DNA of 64,000 bases from the NCBI GenBank assembly GCA_043228905.1, contig JBHGNT010000006.1, forward strand, positions 1,674,001 to 1,738,000. The letters run 5' to 3'. Below are positions 41,242 to 56,400 of the stretch, piece by piece (the first letter of the stretch is position 1; each line of letters opens with the position of its first letter). The stretch comes from Azolla caroliniana (Eukaryota > Plantae > Polypodiophyta). Below the pieces are notes generated by a model. It was not told where the DNA came from. It saw only the letters and a list, made by a program, of their open reading frames with translations, and did not search any database. The position numbers and the translations under genes were made by a program.

Positions 41242-41991
41242 TGTCGCGAAAATCCGTGCGTGTGTGTCGAGTAGGACAAGACTGCAGGGGGTCTTGGACT
41301 AGGGAGTGAGGAAAGGGAAGGAATCTTGAGAGTTTAACCGAGTAGAAGGCTTAAGGTTAGAGAGGTTAAGATTGGAGAGATTAAGATTAAAGACAAGACA
41401 AGATCCATTGAATGATTATATTACGAAAACACCACATGATGGCCGCATAGGCCGAATGTAAACCGCTAAATGAAACCCTAAACCTGAAATCCTAAGACCC
41501 GAAACCCTAATGGTCTACCCAAACCAACAAAATGGCGACCCCAAAGAAACCTCAAAAGTGACCCCTCACTCCCTTTTATAGTAGTAAGGGGTGAGGCACA
41601 TTACTTAAGGAGGGGTCAAATACCCTTCTTTTAATGGGGAATATTTTCCTTGATCTTAGATTGATGGGGCCTTAACTCTCTCCCCTCACACTCTATGCCA
41701 CTACCCACTACATCCGTTGTCGCGGTAATCCGCGTGCGCATGTTAGATCCGGGGCGGGACCATAAGGGTCTTGGACCTGAGAAAGACGGACCATGGAAGG
41801 TCGAGCTTCACCGTTCTTGACGACCAGCTAGAACACCAACCAGAGCGTTTCCGGATACGTACCGAGAGCAACCGAATGAGAGAGGGGGAAAGGACGCGCA
41901 CGCAACACTGACTAGACACACGCATCCTATGTACAGAAACCAAAAAGAAGGAACTCCAAAGACACCCACACAGACACAAATGCACATAACT

Positions 41992-42029
<38 letters not shown>

Positions 42030-42793
42030 AGAGCAAGATACAACTTCGGCCTTGAGCTGGACCATGGTAGACTAGGTTACAACAACGTTCTGTCGCCAAG
42101 TCGCCGATCGGGGAGCTCATGGGCTAGTTGCGCCGAGCGGGGTCTTGCACAAGAGACAGAGCGGAAGCGAAACCCCCTTAGGACATATGAGCTCTCAACC
42201 TGGACTAAACCCTAAACAGACACGAAGAAGAAGACCTCAAAGAAACTCTAAAAGAAAGTAAGAAGAAGAAAGCTACCAAACCCTAGATCTAAGTGGTATA
42301 CCCTCCTAACTCAAAATGGGCAACCCTTTTACAAGGGACCCTGAGGCTCCCTTCCTTTTATAGCCCAAGGAGGGAGGGACGTTACAATGTGGGATAAATC
42401 CCTTATTACTTCGGATTCTCTATCCCAACTTAACTCCTATTCAACGCCATAAAGGCACCCCATTATCTTACACGGGTATACAAGGGTGAGTGCTCACACC
42501 GCACCCTGCCGATATTCCCAATAGGCCCGGTTTTCTCACTATGGCCATGAATCTTCACAACACCGTACTCCCATGCACTCCTTTTTAGTCTACATGTGCG
42601 TGAGCCCCTAGGTCCACATCATCTTTATACTTCACAAACTTTGTAGTGCACTTTTAGCACCTTACATTCTACCCTTCCTTTTACATTTGTTACTTTATTT
42701 TACAAATCTATCAAGTGCATGTGCAATGTTGCACATCCCCATTTTATTCATCCCGTTCGGGTTTTCTCACCATAGCCGAAAATCCTCACGACA
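41242..42793 (-). mobile_element. Solo LTR of the ACGT-targeting family, containing another solo LTR
   Basis: TGTCG...CGACA termini; TSD ACGT (41238-41241, 42794-42797). Confidence 0.88.
41718..42562 (-). mobile_element. Solo LTR of the ACGT-targeting family nested in a relative
   Basis: TGTCG...CAACA termini; TSD CCGT (41714-41717, 42563-42566). Shares CCCTAGATCTAAGTGGTATACCCTCCTAACTCAAAATGGGCAACCC with 15067-16173. Confidence 0.88.
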
Positions 42794-43639
42794 ACGTGAT
42801 TTCTATATCGAATGTTCCTTTTCAAGGAAAGGATCTTGGTGGTCGTCCTCACATTTTTGTGAGAATGGTGTAGTCACCATCCTTTTTTCAACAATTTTTT
42901 TGTTGACATCCCCATTGGTCACTTCGATTTCGTTACATAATGAAACGATCATAGCCACAATGATGTTGAGGACGTAAGGCTTGACCCACTTCATGTGAGA
43001 TCGCTCCTATGACACACATATCCAACATCCCTCCCTCATTACATGGATATGATGCCACCATGAGATCATTCTTACGAAAGGAATTTGTAATGATGTAACC
43101 ATGTGATGGGTCACGTGGGCCTACTACAAAAAGAGAGCTCATTTGGCTTGACCATTAGGTTGCACTTTGGCGTATGCCATCGTAATTATGAGACTTGAGG
43201 TTAGGTAACGTACCAACACAATTTGTGGTAAACGAGAGGGAAATAAGGACTCTTGACATATATGTTTCTTTTAAAAAAACGTATATGGGCAAATGTCTCG
43301 CATATCTCTTATACGCATAAAACGTTAAACATTCAACACGAGCAACCTATTTGTGTATAAACTATTCATGACGCGAACATACATGGTTGAGCCTCGGGGA
43401 GCTGCCATGAAAAAATCGATATAGAGATTAGGGAAAGACATTCATTTGTCACCCCCATGGTTTTTAAAACACTTTTGTTACCATAGTAACCTGATCTTGA
43501 ACCTCGTCTCATACGTCTAGAGGGGTATTGACGTGAGATCATGATAACGATTAATGTTTGCCCATGATATTTTTACATCACAACATGATGTTATGACTAT
43601 TTGTCTGACCTTATCCTATTTCTTTGCCAGAAATTATCA

Positions 43640-44525
43640 TTCAATGGCTCATAATAACAACCCGATGTCATCTGCTCAAGCGGAAGGAATTCAAGGAAAT
43701 CCTCCTGGCCCAATCTCCACTGACTCATATTTCTTACAAATACAAAAATTCCTTAGTTCAACCGCTCATCAGATGTCCAAACTTCGGTAATCTCATAGTC
43801 TCTCGAGGCACGTGTTATTAGTTTACAACGTGGCACTAATAGACCCGATGAGCGTTAGGGTGAACCAACATTTTTTGTAAAGCCATTTACGGGAGAAAAA
43901 AAGGAAAGAACCGAAGAAGCAATCTACACGTGGTTGGGCTGATGGGAGTCTCATTTTGAGCTCTATCCCACGCCAGATAGTACAAAGATTGCATATGTCG
44001 GCCGAGAATTAGGGGCTAAGGCCATCGCCTGGTGTCGTGGGCTCCAAACTTTAGGGAAATTGCTCGATACCTGAACAAATTTTGTCACGATTAGTTTTCC
44101 TCGCTAGAAGACTATGTTCACCATGCTAGAACCCAAATCCAAAAATTGGGTCTTGAAGGGGACAATTGGTTGGTAGCTTGTTTTGTCAATGGCATCCCCA
44201 ATTCAGACTATCACTGGATAATGCACGATAAGGATCCAAAATCCTTCGAAGAGGTCGTTGAAATAGTTCTTCGCTATCAATGCACTTCAAAGAAGGACCA
44301 TAACAAACCCAACGAAGCACCTGGGACTAAGCTGTCGCAATTCTCTAGGAAACGCAAGACACCCAACGAATTCATGGATCACGATTGTAAGCAACATCAT
44401 CCTTTTTGTGTATTTTGTAGAAAGAAGGGTCATACAAAAGAGCAATGTCGAAAGCTCCAACGGAAAGAGCACGACAACAAAACAAAAGGTGCAGACCATA
44501 AAGGTCATATTCCTAATGTCCTTCA
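43640..44525 (+). pseudogene. Chromovirus gag remnant
   Basis: PKSFEEVVEIV...CVFCRKKGHTKEQC zinc knuckle; contains stops and frameshifts. Confidence 0.75.
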
Positions 44526-45074
44526 TGCTAGGAAACATGTCCCTCCGGATGGGAACAGAAGTACCATGTTGCAGAAACTGAAATCGAAAACCGAAATTGT
44601 TTTGGAAGACAATAATTGTAAATAGTCTAAAATGCCCCTTGTGGGCTATACTTGTAAATAACTAGAAAGTTGCTTTTGTTTATAAGCAACTATGGCAAAC
44701 TTTAGTAATGTGTAGTTGATCATTATTGAAAAGTTAGAACGAGGTAGTTGCCTCTATAACCGTGAGTGAGAGAGTGAGAGTGTAACTCTGTAGCCATCTG
44801 TCAGACAAAGGAGAACTCAAGGTTGTTGCCTCTGAGTTCCGTATCTGTACTTCCTCTCTACTATAGTGATCTGTTTTCTCGGGGTTTGTGAACCCCCGTG
44901 GTTTTTTCCCATTTCGGGTTTTCCATGTAAAATATCGGTGTCTCTGTGTCTTCACGGTTTTTTGTCTGTGTACTAGTTCTTGGTTTTTACACATGAACAC
45001 GAACACAAACGTTGTTGCGTTGTTACGCGCGTGCGTGTAGAAAGAGGCGGGACCACGGGGGCCTTGAACCGAGG

Positions 45075-45125
<51 letters not shown>

Positions 45126-45777
45126 GAGAGGAGAGGAGATTTGCAGATACGCAGAAGGGAGAAGGAAAGAGAAAGAAACGGAACACTTAATTACAGTAAC
45201 CGTCGATTACAATATCAAGAGATTACAAACTCTGACGATTACAACCAGCAAGGCGGCGATGGACCCGACACGGGGATCCTACTCACGCACACAGACAGAA
45301 CACACTGGACCCCCCCCCCAAAAAAAAGCGTAGAAGGGAGAGCCTCTACTGGCAGCGCACGGGCTACCCACGAAGCAGAGGCGTCGAACTCCCAGCACCC
45401 ACAGAGAATGACGATCGGAGGAGGAGAGAGAGCTCGGCACTCGGTCCTGCAGCACTTCGTCCTCCCTAACGCGCGATGCCCTTTCTTCCTTCTCTCCCTC
45501 CTTAAATAGTTCGCAAAAAGGGGGGGGTGCCCCTTTCTCCCTAGTCAAAACCGCTTTATTCCCTGTCCCTTTCGACAGAGATACGCACAAAACCCCTAAT
45601 AAATGTGTACTACCTAGTATTTACATCAGCCGACCTAATTACGAATTATGTACAAAATATCATTTCTCGCGTCCACTCGTGTAAGAGCCGGTTCATGCGC
45701 CTTTTTCTCTGATTCCGCCCATGGCCGGTTTTCTTCACGACAACGTGTAAGTGGTTGTGGCCGGCCGATTCCTAACA
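44526..45777 (+). mobile_element. Ty1/Copia solo LTR related to the LTRs at 53412 and 58215
   Basis: TG...CA termini, TSD CTTCA (44521-44525, 45778-45782), shared blocks GTCCCTCCGGATGGG, CTCAAGGTTGTTGCC and CCCGTGGTTTTT. Confidence 0.88.
45013..45742 (-). mobile_element. Solo LTR of the ACGT-targeting family inside the Copia solo LTR
   Basis: TGTTGCGTTGTTACGCGCG...CACGACA; TSD ACGT (45009-45012, 45743-45746). Confidence 0.9.
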
Positions 45778-48410
45778 CTTCAGGTCTATACACATCATTT
45801 ACGTAATGTCAATGTTCTTTCCCTCACTATGTGTTGGGACCCAATGATTTACTACGTGCAAATGGGTATATCAATGGATTTCCAATACAATTTTCATTTA
45901 ATTCAGGAAGCTCACACAACTTTGTGAATGATCGTTTGGTTCAGATATGGGGAATCCAACCCACCATAAGTGATCACACATATAAGGTGCGCTTGGTTGA
46001 TGAAAGAGTACAATGAGGTGATTCATTCATTAGGAATTTCTATTGATACTTATATAGAGGAAGTAGACTTCCATGTAATAAATCTTTGTACCACTGATGT
46101 AATATTGGGTTATCTCTGGTTTTTTAATAAAAACTTTTCTTTATCTATTGATTGGGTTCTTCATTCCATTACTTTTGTACTAAACGATTCTACTCATTTT
46201 ATTCAATGTGTTAAAAAACAATCTCCTTCGATTGTTTCCTCTCCATCAATATGCGAGTTGTCTTATTCTACTTTATTTTATTGTGTACTTGATCCACACA
46301 TTCACGTTACAATATTGATAATGTTTTGGTTCAATTATCATATTTTGAACAACAACTCGATGAAATCTTAAATGATTTTCGTGATGTTTTTTCGAGTGAA
46401 CTACCACATGGGTTACCTCCTAAATGTAATATAGACCATCGTATCGATATTCTACCTGGTGTTGCACCAATAAGTATACCTCCTTATCACTTATATCAAT
46501 CCGAAGAGGATGAGGTATCTAAGCAACTCAAGGACTATTTATGAATGGGTTATATACGTTATAGTAAATCTCCATGGGGTGCACCTGTTCTCTTGGTAAA
46601 AAAGAAAGAGGGCACATGACGTATGTGTATTAATTACCAACGCCTGAATAAAGTGACGATCAAGAATTCATATCCATTGCCTCGCGCTGGCGATCTAATT
46701 AGCCGTCTCTAGGGAGCTTGGTATTTTACAAAACTTGATCTCCGTGCAGGCTACCATCAAATTCGTATAAGTGAGGACAATGTTCCTAAAAGGACATTTC
46801 GTGCATGTTATGGCCATTATGAGTTTTTGGTTATGTCTTTTGGTTTGACCAATGCTTCGGCCACATTTCAACAAGAAATGAATGACATTTCCGAGAACAA
46901 CTTGGAAAATTTGTCGTTATTTTCTTGGATGATATTCTAGTTTATAGTCGTACATTAGAAGAACATGCTAAACATGTCCCCTTTGTTTTACAAACATTGC
47001 GCGACAAACAATTCTACGCGAAGATCTCAAAATGTGAGTTCTTCAAGAAATCAATTTCTTATCTTGGACATCTCATAACCGAACGAGGAGTTGAAATTGA
47101 TCCTTCTCGCATCGAGAGATTCAAACTTTGGCCCACTCTTGGGAATATTCGAGAAGTTCAATCATTCATTGGTTTTGTCGGGTTTTTGCGAAAATCCCTT
47201 CCTAATTACTCCCAATTGACAACACGGTTTACTGATCTTCTAAAAGGTCAAACACGTAAGTCTACAAAACCTATTGTGTGGAATCCTAAACTAGACCTCA
47301 CCTCTAAGGAACTCAAGGACTTGGTATGCAAGGCTCCTTCACTTCTTTTACCCGATCCTTCAAAACCTTTTGAGGTTGAAACCGATGCAAGCGATTATGC
47401 TATAGGTGTTGTCTTATATCAAGATGGTAAACCAATAGCATTCAAGAGTAAGAAACTTGATTCTTCTCAATGTCGGTATGCTGTTCAAGAAAATGAATTA
47501 ATTGCAGTTATACATGCGCTCAAAACATGGCATGATTATCGTTATGGATATCGTTTTGTGGTAACTACGGACCACGAGTCCTTGAAATATTTCTATGACC
47601 AACAAGACCTGAAAGGTCGTAAGGCACAATGGGCTCATCTCATTCAGGACTTTGATTTTTCCATATGATATCGTAAAGGTTCCATGAACACTGTCCTTGA
47701 TACACTAAGTCGCATCCGTGAAGTTAACATGCTTAGCTTCACTGAAATAACATCATATCTTTATGATCACCTTCGAGGAAAGTATCTTGATGACAATTAT
47801 TTTGCGAAATATTGGGCAAGAGTTGAGTCTGGAACAGACACCACTACATCCTCGAAGGAATCCTTTCACATTGCTAATGGTCTGCTCTATCGTAATGGGA
47901 AGGTTTGTGTTCCACATTTGCTTGAGGTCAAAAAGAGAATTATTTTTGAATGCCATGATGCACCCTCAACAGGGCACCCTGGAATACATCGTACACTCGT
48001 TCTCAACTCGACTCAATTCTATTGGCCTAAGATGCGTCCTAACATACATAGCTATGTGACTAAATGTCACCAATGTCAGGTTAACAAAGCCAAGTGACTT
48101 AAAGCCACAAGACTTTTACATCCCTTGGACATTCCCAATAATAAGTGGGAAAGTATATCCATGGATTTTATTGTTAGCCTTCCTCGCACCCAAAAAGGCC
48201 ATGATGCCATCTAGGTTGTGGTTGATAGACTAACTAAAATAACCAGATTTATTGCTACTAAAACCACGATAACAGCTCCTGAATTGGCTTACCAATTCGT
48301 TGACAAGTTATTTCGTTTTTATCGATTACTGATGGATATCGTGAGTGATCGAGATCCAAACTTTACTAGTGACTTATGGATGCAAGTCTTTAAGAAGTTA
48401 GAAACTACGT

Positions 48411-49070
48411 TGTCGTGGAGAAAACCGCCCCCTAGGAGGAATCGGTGGATAGTGTGCGTGAACCGGCCCTTACACATGGGCACATGTTTTGATGTATTGT
48501 ACATAGTTAGGTACAGGTCGGCGATGTGAATATCCTAGGTAGCGCGTATGCATTAGGTAGAGAATCGAGGGGTATCTCTATCAAAAGGGACATGGAATAA
48601 AAGTGATGGAACAGACTCTAACGTCTCTCTCCTTGGGCTATAAAAGGAGAGGAGAGGGGATCACGTTTTAGGCAAGGACGAGGTGTTGTCGGAATGGGAA
48701 CCGAGCTCTCTCCTCCTTTTTCGTTGCTCTTTGCAAGATTCTGGGTGGGTTGCCTCTACTTCGAGGAAAGCCGTGTGCATTCGGGCAAGGCTCTAATGTG
48801 TGTGCGTATGGGTGTGTGATTGTTTGGGTTGGGTATGATGTCGGCTAGGCGGTTGTAATCTTGCTAACACTGTAATCGTTACTGTTGTTGTAATTGAATC
48901 TCCTGTTTTTCGTCTACATGTGTTTCTCCGGCAAACGTTGTTGGTTGTAGACAAGTCTACCCCAGCCCTACGCGCACACGCTTCTCCCTTCCTCTTCTTT
49001 CGCTATCTCCTCGGTTCAGGGCCCTCGTGGTCCCGCCTTATTTCCCACGCGAAAGCAAAATAACTTGACA
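48411..49070 (+). mobile_element. Solo LTR of the ACGT-targeting family inside the chromovirus integrase
   Basis: TGTCGTG...TGACA; TSD ACGT (48407-48410, 49071-49074). The host integrase reads ETTL(T)MSS once the insert is removed. Confidence 0.9.
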
Positions 49071-52000
49071 ACGTTGACCATGAGCTCCACGGATCATCCT
49101 CAATCCGATGGACAGACAGAACAAGTAAATCAAATTATTGAGGACATGCTTCGAGCATACGTTGGTGCAAAACCAACAAAATGGGAACGTTGTCGTGAAG
49201 AATTTCGGCCATAGGCGAAAACCGGGAAACATTGTCTACATCGGCGGGGTGCAGCGTGTGTACGCACCCATGTACATTTGGTGTGAATATTGAGGGCACC
49301 TTTATGGCGCCGAAGAGTAGTCAAGTCGGGACAGACGATCCCATGAAAGTCGGGATTTGTCCCACATTGTAACGCGTCCCTCTCCTTGTTCTATAAAAGG
49401 GAGGGAACGCCCTTTGTAAAAGGGGTTGCCCATTTTGGATTAGAGGGTATACCGGTAGGTTTAGGGTTAGGGTTCTTCTGCTTCTTCTTCTTCCCCTTCG
49501 TGTTCGTTTAGGGTTGGCTGCAGCTTGTCTCCTGTGCAAGACGCCGCTCGGCGTGACGAGCCCGAGAGCTCCCCGACGGCGGCTTGACAGCAGACGACTG
49601 TTGTAAACTATCTTGGTCCGGCTCGAAGCCGGGAGTGTATTCTCTCTATATATATATACATATACGTTTGCGTCTGTCTGTGTATATTGGCGTCTTGTTG
49701 GTGTCGAGTGCTCCACTCCTTCCCTGCGTTTCCTGTACATAAGGGCGTGAGTCGGGTCGGGCTGTGTGTGCGTGTGTGTGCGTGAGTCGGTGTTAAGCAC
49801 GCTCTCTCTCTCTCGCTCTCTCCCCCCCTTCGGTTGCTTCCGGTGTGTTTCTGAGATGCCCCAGAAGCCGTGAAGCACGACTTCCTACGCTCCGTCGCTC
49901 CCTAGTCCAAGATCCCCGTGGTCCTGCCTTTCTCCACGCACGCGCGTAACAACGCGACATCTTTGGTGAACCCGACGTGAAAGGCGGCAAGGGAGGATGG
50001 AGTCGGAAGACGACGACCTTGTGGAGATGGTGGCCGAAGTGGTGTTGGAGTCGGCACGAGTGGTGATGAGGCGAGAAGCAACACAACAAGCGGTTGGTCG
50101 AAAGAGTCGGCCGTTTCAACGGGGACAAAGTCCCATCTTACTTGGAAGCCTACAACACGGAAATGGGAGAGCGTGGCGTAGACGAGGCGTTGAGGCTGGA
50201 GTTCTTCTGTCGGGTCGTAGCTGTCCGGATGCATGCGGAAGTAATGGAGCTCCGTGACGCTCGTGGTTCATGGGAGGCCTTCGAAGAGGCGCTCCTGAAG
50301 GCATACGGAGGACGGTGGAAGAGCCAGGGATGGCACCACTTCGACCAGTGGGTAGCATCGACAAAGACCCACCGGGGTGCGACGAAGGCGTTCCGGGAGT
50401 TCGAGCGACGACTTGCTCGGCTCCCAGAGCGGGAACAAGGTTTGGTGGGGGCGGACAAAGTCCTTTTGTTCGTCAGGTCAATCGACCGAGCGGAACGGGA
50501 AGCCATCGGGATTGAGCTCGAAGACGATGATGGAGCGAATGGGCTTGCGGAGGACTGGTCGAGGGTCGGAAGGGTGTGCCAAAGGCTAGGCAATGAGTGA
50601 GCCGAGAAGGCTAAGAGGAAGGTACGCGACGGCGTGCCATCACAGCGGGAAGAGGCCGAACGGCAAAGAGAGTCGGCAAGGGTCGGCGTAGGGGCCAGGA
50701 TTGCGGAGGCGTATGCAGCTCTCAAAGCGAAGCTCGAGGAAGAGGGGAAAATCGAAGCCGAAGAAGGGCTTATTATGGAGTCGGGCCGGAGGCGATCAGA
50801 GGATGAGGGGGCCGAAAGAGAAGATCGGTACCACGGTACCACGGGAGAGGGTGCGGAACGAAATGGCCTCTCGACTTGCGGAGAGAGAACGGCCAAGGAG
50901 AAGGCCGAGATACGGATCGCGGAACCGGAATGTTGGGACCAGCGGTTTCGGGCGTGTCAGCCCGAGATCCCGGTCATTGAAGAAGCAAGCCCAGATGGGG
51001 CTTGCGCGATCGGTAAGAAGTCGACCACCGACCACGGAGAGCCGGTGGCTACGGACAAGGGCGTAAAACGGACGGGTGATTCTGTGTCTTCCCACACTTG
51101 CTCCCAAGATGATGGCAGTCGGGCCCGAGTACCCACGTGAGTCCCAAGCGGAGGAAGGCGGCGGCGGAGGGCCAAGAATCACCGGCGAGACGATACGGGG
51201 AAGGAGCAGACGAAAGCCCACAGACCCGATTCCGGAGAACTCGGCACTCGGGCCCGTATGCCCATGTAAGACCGAGGAGATGGATGGCGGTACCGAGGAG
51301 TCCTGGCACGATGCCAGCAAAGACGGATGGGAAACGGCCTGCGAGGAGGCCGAGGACGGACACGGCACGAGGGGATCAGCATTCTGATGCGGGTGGAGCG
51401 TGATCCGGTCATGGATCGTTTGTTCGGGTCCGGTTTCGGCATGGAAGAGCCGATACAGAAGGCGGTGCGGGACGAACCGCCCTCTTTTACATGGGGAGAA
51501 AGACCGACCGGACAAAGGTCGAGATTAGGAAAGAGAATGAAATCCGGTCCTATGGGATTCCTTACACTGGTCAGGCTGCAGGCCCGAGTGCCGGCGCAAG
51601 TCCTGTATGAGAGACGGTGGCGACAGGAGAACGGGACTCACCAATCCGGAGAAAGACGAACGGACCCGGACGAGAACCGGGCGGAGCGGACTCCCGGATG
51701 ACCATTCCGGGAGGGAGGAAGAGAGCAGGTCTACGAAGAGGCCGAGGACACGGTACGTCGGTACCACGGGAGAGGGTGCGGAGTAGACCGCCCTCTCGGC
51801 ATGAGGAAAAGGACGACCCGAGATAGGGTCGGGAAGACAAATCGGGGAGGCCTACGGAGGATCCTTCACACCGGTTCTAGAGACTTCGGCAGTCGGCAAC
51901 GCGGTCGACGTAAGACCAAGATACTGACGGTGGCGGCGAGGTGACGAAGGCAAGGGCTACGGAAGGGCGGTCTACGGAGGATCCTTCACACCGGTTCTAG

Positions 52001-53411
52001 AGACTTCGGCAATCGGCAACGTGGTCGACGTAAGAATAACATACTGACGGTGGCGGCGAGGTGACAAAGACAATGGGCATAAGGAAGTCCGGTCCTACGG
52101 GATCCCCACACTTAATCGGAGACTCCGACAGTTCGGCCAACGTGGCAACATGAGACTGAGAGAGAAGGTTGGTGGCGGCGGGAAACGGGACCCGCCTACG
52201 CGGAAGGCACGAGGAGAGTCCGGGAGGGACTCGAACAAAAGGCACCCGACTTTCGGCAAGCATAGAAACGGAGTCCGGTCCTATGGGACCCTCACACCGA
52301 TCCGGAGGCTCCGGCAGTTCGGCCAACGTAGCAACGTAAGACCGAGGGAGAAGGACGGTGGCGGCAGGGAACGGGACCCGACGACACGAAGTTCGGAAGA
52401 AGCCGGTAAAGGGCAAACACGGGGAGGTGTGTCAGGCCGGAAAGGCACACCTAGAACAGAACAAGAGTCTCACAAATGGCCATCGCGGGCCGGATCAAAG
52501 CGTGACTACGGGACGGTGCTCGGCGTGGGCGAGGCCGAACGAAGGAAGCGGAAGACGGCACAAGGGAGGTGCCGAGAACAAAGGGACAAGTGCCTAGTGA
52601 ACTGCACAGGGTCGGAGTCAGGATGGCAAGAGAGGCCGGAGGAGGATCCTCCACACTCGCTTCGTAGATCTCGGTAGCTCCGTCGAAGTAACAAAGACCG
52701 ACACGGCAAGCCGGGGTGACAAGCTGGTGGGGGCGAGGGGACGACGGCAAGCGGAAGATTCAGGACTTATCGTAGCAACACGACGACGGGAAGGGCCAAG
52801 CGGGCTACTGCGGGGTGTTCCTCGGATGCAAAGGTCACCGGTATGCGGGAGAACAGCGATGCATGATCAGGCCGGAAAGGGGCCGACAAGGAGTGCAACA
52901 CGGGCAGTACCAAACGACAGACGAGGGTAGTGGCACATGGAGGTGCCAGAGCGGAAAGGCGAGCGCGGAGAAGGCCGGAAAGGGATCTTCCACACCGTTC
53001 CGGAGACCATGGCGGTTCGAGCCGACGCGGCGATGTAAGACCATGGAGAAGGAAGGCGGCGGCGTAAGGACGAAGGCCACGCGAAACACCATCGGGACAT
53101 CACGATTCGACAACGGAGGCCAAGCGGGTTGCCACAGGCATTCCTCTAGCGGAGGAGATCGGGCATACAGCGGGAAGCGGGGCGTTCATACGGCCGAACA
53201 AGGGCCAACGGAAGAACGCGTGCTACGGAGATCGCAGCAGAGGACCCATCGACGGGTCGAACAAGCCTACGGGGAGGTGAGCGCGAAGGAAGACTCGAAG
53301 CCGCCAGATCAAACCGGCAGCGAGCCGAGATGCGGATCACGGGAGACCGGTTTCTCGCCGACCGAAATCTCTCACCCTTCAGCCAGATTTGGCACGTACC
53401 GGTGGACGTGT

Positions 53412-56400
53412 TGTTGGGATTTCGGTCCCTCCGGATGGGATGTCCGGAGATGAATGACGGCAAGCCCGGTTACGGTTACGGAACCGGACGAAGATACAGG
53501 CCCGGTGAAAGTACTCACCGGGTGTGAAGAGTACCCGGTATGAAGCCGGATGATGAAGACCCCGGCTACGGAGCCGAATGATGAAGACCCCGGCTACGGA
53601 GCTGGATGACGAATGTACCCGGAGAGAGATCCGGATGCGGGGACATATTTGTGAATATGTTTGCCAAGGCCCCTTGAGGCTATATTTGTAAATAGCCCGA
53701 AAGTCATATGTGTATAAATATGACTTAGGGCAAACTGTTTATTGTTGCTGTAAGTTGTTACTCATTTTTCTGTTTTTCCACTTAGAGGGAGCTAAGTGAG
53801 CAGCCGAGAAAGAGAGAGAGAGAGAGAGACGAAGAGGTCGTTGCCTCTGTGTATTACCGCCGCCTGTGGCGAAGACAGTGAGCTCAAGGTTGTTGCCTTG
53901 TAGCTTCACCATTGTACATCTCTGTGTATAGTGATAGTTGGAGTTTGAGGACTCCCGTGGTTTTTCCCCCTTAGGGTTTTCCACGTAAAATATCCTGTGT
54001 ACTCTTCTCTCTATTGTCTTCGTGCATTTTTTTTGTATTTCCTATTTTCTGTGAGTTGATCCTATTCCTCGGTTGTGGCCGAGCACTGTGCTTTACAAAC
54101 TGGTATCAGAGCAACGTTTACACAGAAAATGGAAGGCGGCGGTAGTGGGCCTCCGGGCATGATGGTGTTGAACTCACAGAACTACGCCGACTGGAAGATA
54201 AAGATGGAAGACCTTCTCATCGTCCGAGACCTGTACGAACCGATCGACAATGCCGAGATACCCAAGGGGGTAATAGAGTCGGAGTGGAAGCTCCTGAACC
54301 GGAAAGCCGTAGCGACGATCCGGCAATATGTCGATGTAAGTGTTCTGCAACATGTGGTGAACGATACGAACGCCTATGAGATGTGGCAGAAGCTGTCCGA
54401 ACTGTATGAGAGGAAGAATGCTCTGACCCGGACCTCCCTGATGAGGAAGATAGTGAATCTTAAGTACCGGGACGGCGAGAGCATGGTCGAACACGTCAGC
54501 ACGTTCATGGGATTCGTGAACCAGCTTGCGGCGATCAAATTCCCGTTGGATGACGCAATGCAAGCCATCATGCTGATGTGTACCCTTCCGGAGAGCTGGG
54601 AGAACTTGGTAGTTACTCTCAGCACCTCCTGTAAGGAAGAGAACTTGTCGTTACTAACGGTAAAGACAAGTATTCTAAATGAAGAAGCGCGTCGGAGAGA
54701 TAAAGAACCGGCCTCCGACTCGAAGGCGCTGCTTACCGAATCGGAACGGGGAAGACAACGGAACCGGAGTCCGCAAAGACGGGAGAAGTCGGGGACACGG
54801 TCGCAGTCGAGGGGAAGACCTACATGCTTCTACTGTGGGAAGCCGGGACACTTCCAGAAGAACTGTCGGCATTTCCGGAAAGACAACGGAACCGACGGTA
54901 CCGATTCGAAGAAGTCACCGGAGCGAAACGGTGCATACCGGGGAGCCACGGACCGGAACGGTTCGGATCAGTGAGGGCAGGACCGGAAAGGAACAACGGC
55001 ACTCGCGGCAAGTGAAGAGGAGATCATGCTCATCACCGAAGAAGGTGAACTAAACATTGCCGGCGATGAGACTACCTGGGTGGTCGATTCCGGAGCGTCG
55101 TTCCACCTGACCCCGGAAAGAAGATACTTCTCATCCTACACAGCCGGTGAGCATGGCTGTGTTCGGATGGGAAATGAAGGTACGTGCCGGATTGCCGGCA
55201 TAGGAGACGTGTGGTTGACAACCTCGACCGGATGCAAAATGTTGCTGAAGGATGTCCGACACGTTCCGGAGGTTTGATTGAACCTGATTTCGGCCGGGAG
55301 GCTAGACGATGAAGGCTACACAGGTAGCATCCGGAACGGCGTAATAAAGTTAAGCAAGGGGAGCCTGATAGTGGCTCGGGCCTGGAAAGTCAACACACTG
55401 TACCTTATGAATGCCTGGTTGTGTCCGGAGGAGCTGAACGTGGCAGCTGACACTGCCGGTGAGCTGTGGCACAAGAGACTGTGCCACATGAGTGAGAAGG
55501 GGATGAAGAGGCTTGCAGAAGACAACCTTATTCCAGTGAAGCATGTGCACCTGGAGAAGTGCACCGATTGCCTGGCTGGTAAGCAGAACCGAACCTCCTT
55601 CCACTCAAGGCCACCGATGAGACGTAGTGTACCATTGGAGTTGGTACACACTGATGTGTGTCAGGTAGAAACGAAGTCACATGGCGGAGCCCAGTACTTC
55701 GTAACATTCATAGATGACCATAGCCGGAAGCTGTGGACGGCACCGTTGAAGACAAAGGACCAAGTATTGTCCGTCTTCAAAGAACTCCACGCGAGAGTGG
55801 AAAGAGAATCCGGCAAGAAGCTGAAAGCACTACGAGCGGATAACGGAGGAGAATACCGAGGGCAATTTGAGGAGTATTGCCGTTCGATGGGAATCCGGCT
55901 CGAGTTTACTGTGCCGAAGACGCCGGAACTGAACGGGCTGGCCGAGAGGATGAACCGGACCATAATGGAGAGGGTTCGGAGTATGCTAGCACATGCGAAA
56001 TTACCCAAGGGATTTTGGGCTGAGGCAATGTCGACGGCGACATATGTGATAAATAGATCACCCTCAGTACCCCTGGATGGAGACACGCCACAGAGAGTGT
56101 GGACCGGTAAGGAAGTGTCCTACCGGCATCTGAAGGTGTTCGGGTGTCTCGCATACGTGCATGTGGCAAAGGACCGGAGAGGAAAGTTGGATCCAAAGAC
56201 CCGGCCATGCATATTCCTCGGTTACGGCGACGACGAGTTCGGCTACCGAGTATGGGACCCGGTCGACAAGAAAACATTCAGGAGTCGAGATATCATCTTC
56301 ATGGAGGACAAGACACTCGCCGACTGGGAGTCGGAGAAGAAGATGAAGAGCTCCAAGTCGACCGGTGAGGATCAACTCTACGAGGAGCAGTCCCGACCGG

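Noticed and set aside
49457-49475. Telomere-like TTTAGGGTTAGGG / AAACCCTA motifs in the ACGT-family LTRs
   Set aside because: Only 1-3 dispersed units per LTR, typical of telo-box promoter motifs rather than an interstitial telomere.
53404-53411. Copia target site overlaps an ACGT (GGACGTGT)
   Set aside because: The TSD is the 5-bp CGTGT and the related solo LTR used CTTCA, so this is probably coincidence.
50116-53527. Many overlapping ORFs on both strands
   Set aside because: Expected in GC-rich repetitive sequence; only the gag-like frame has recognisable features.
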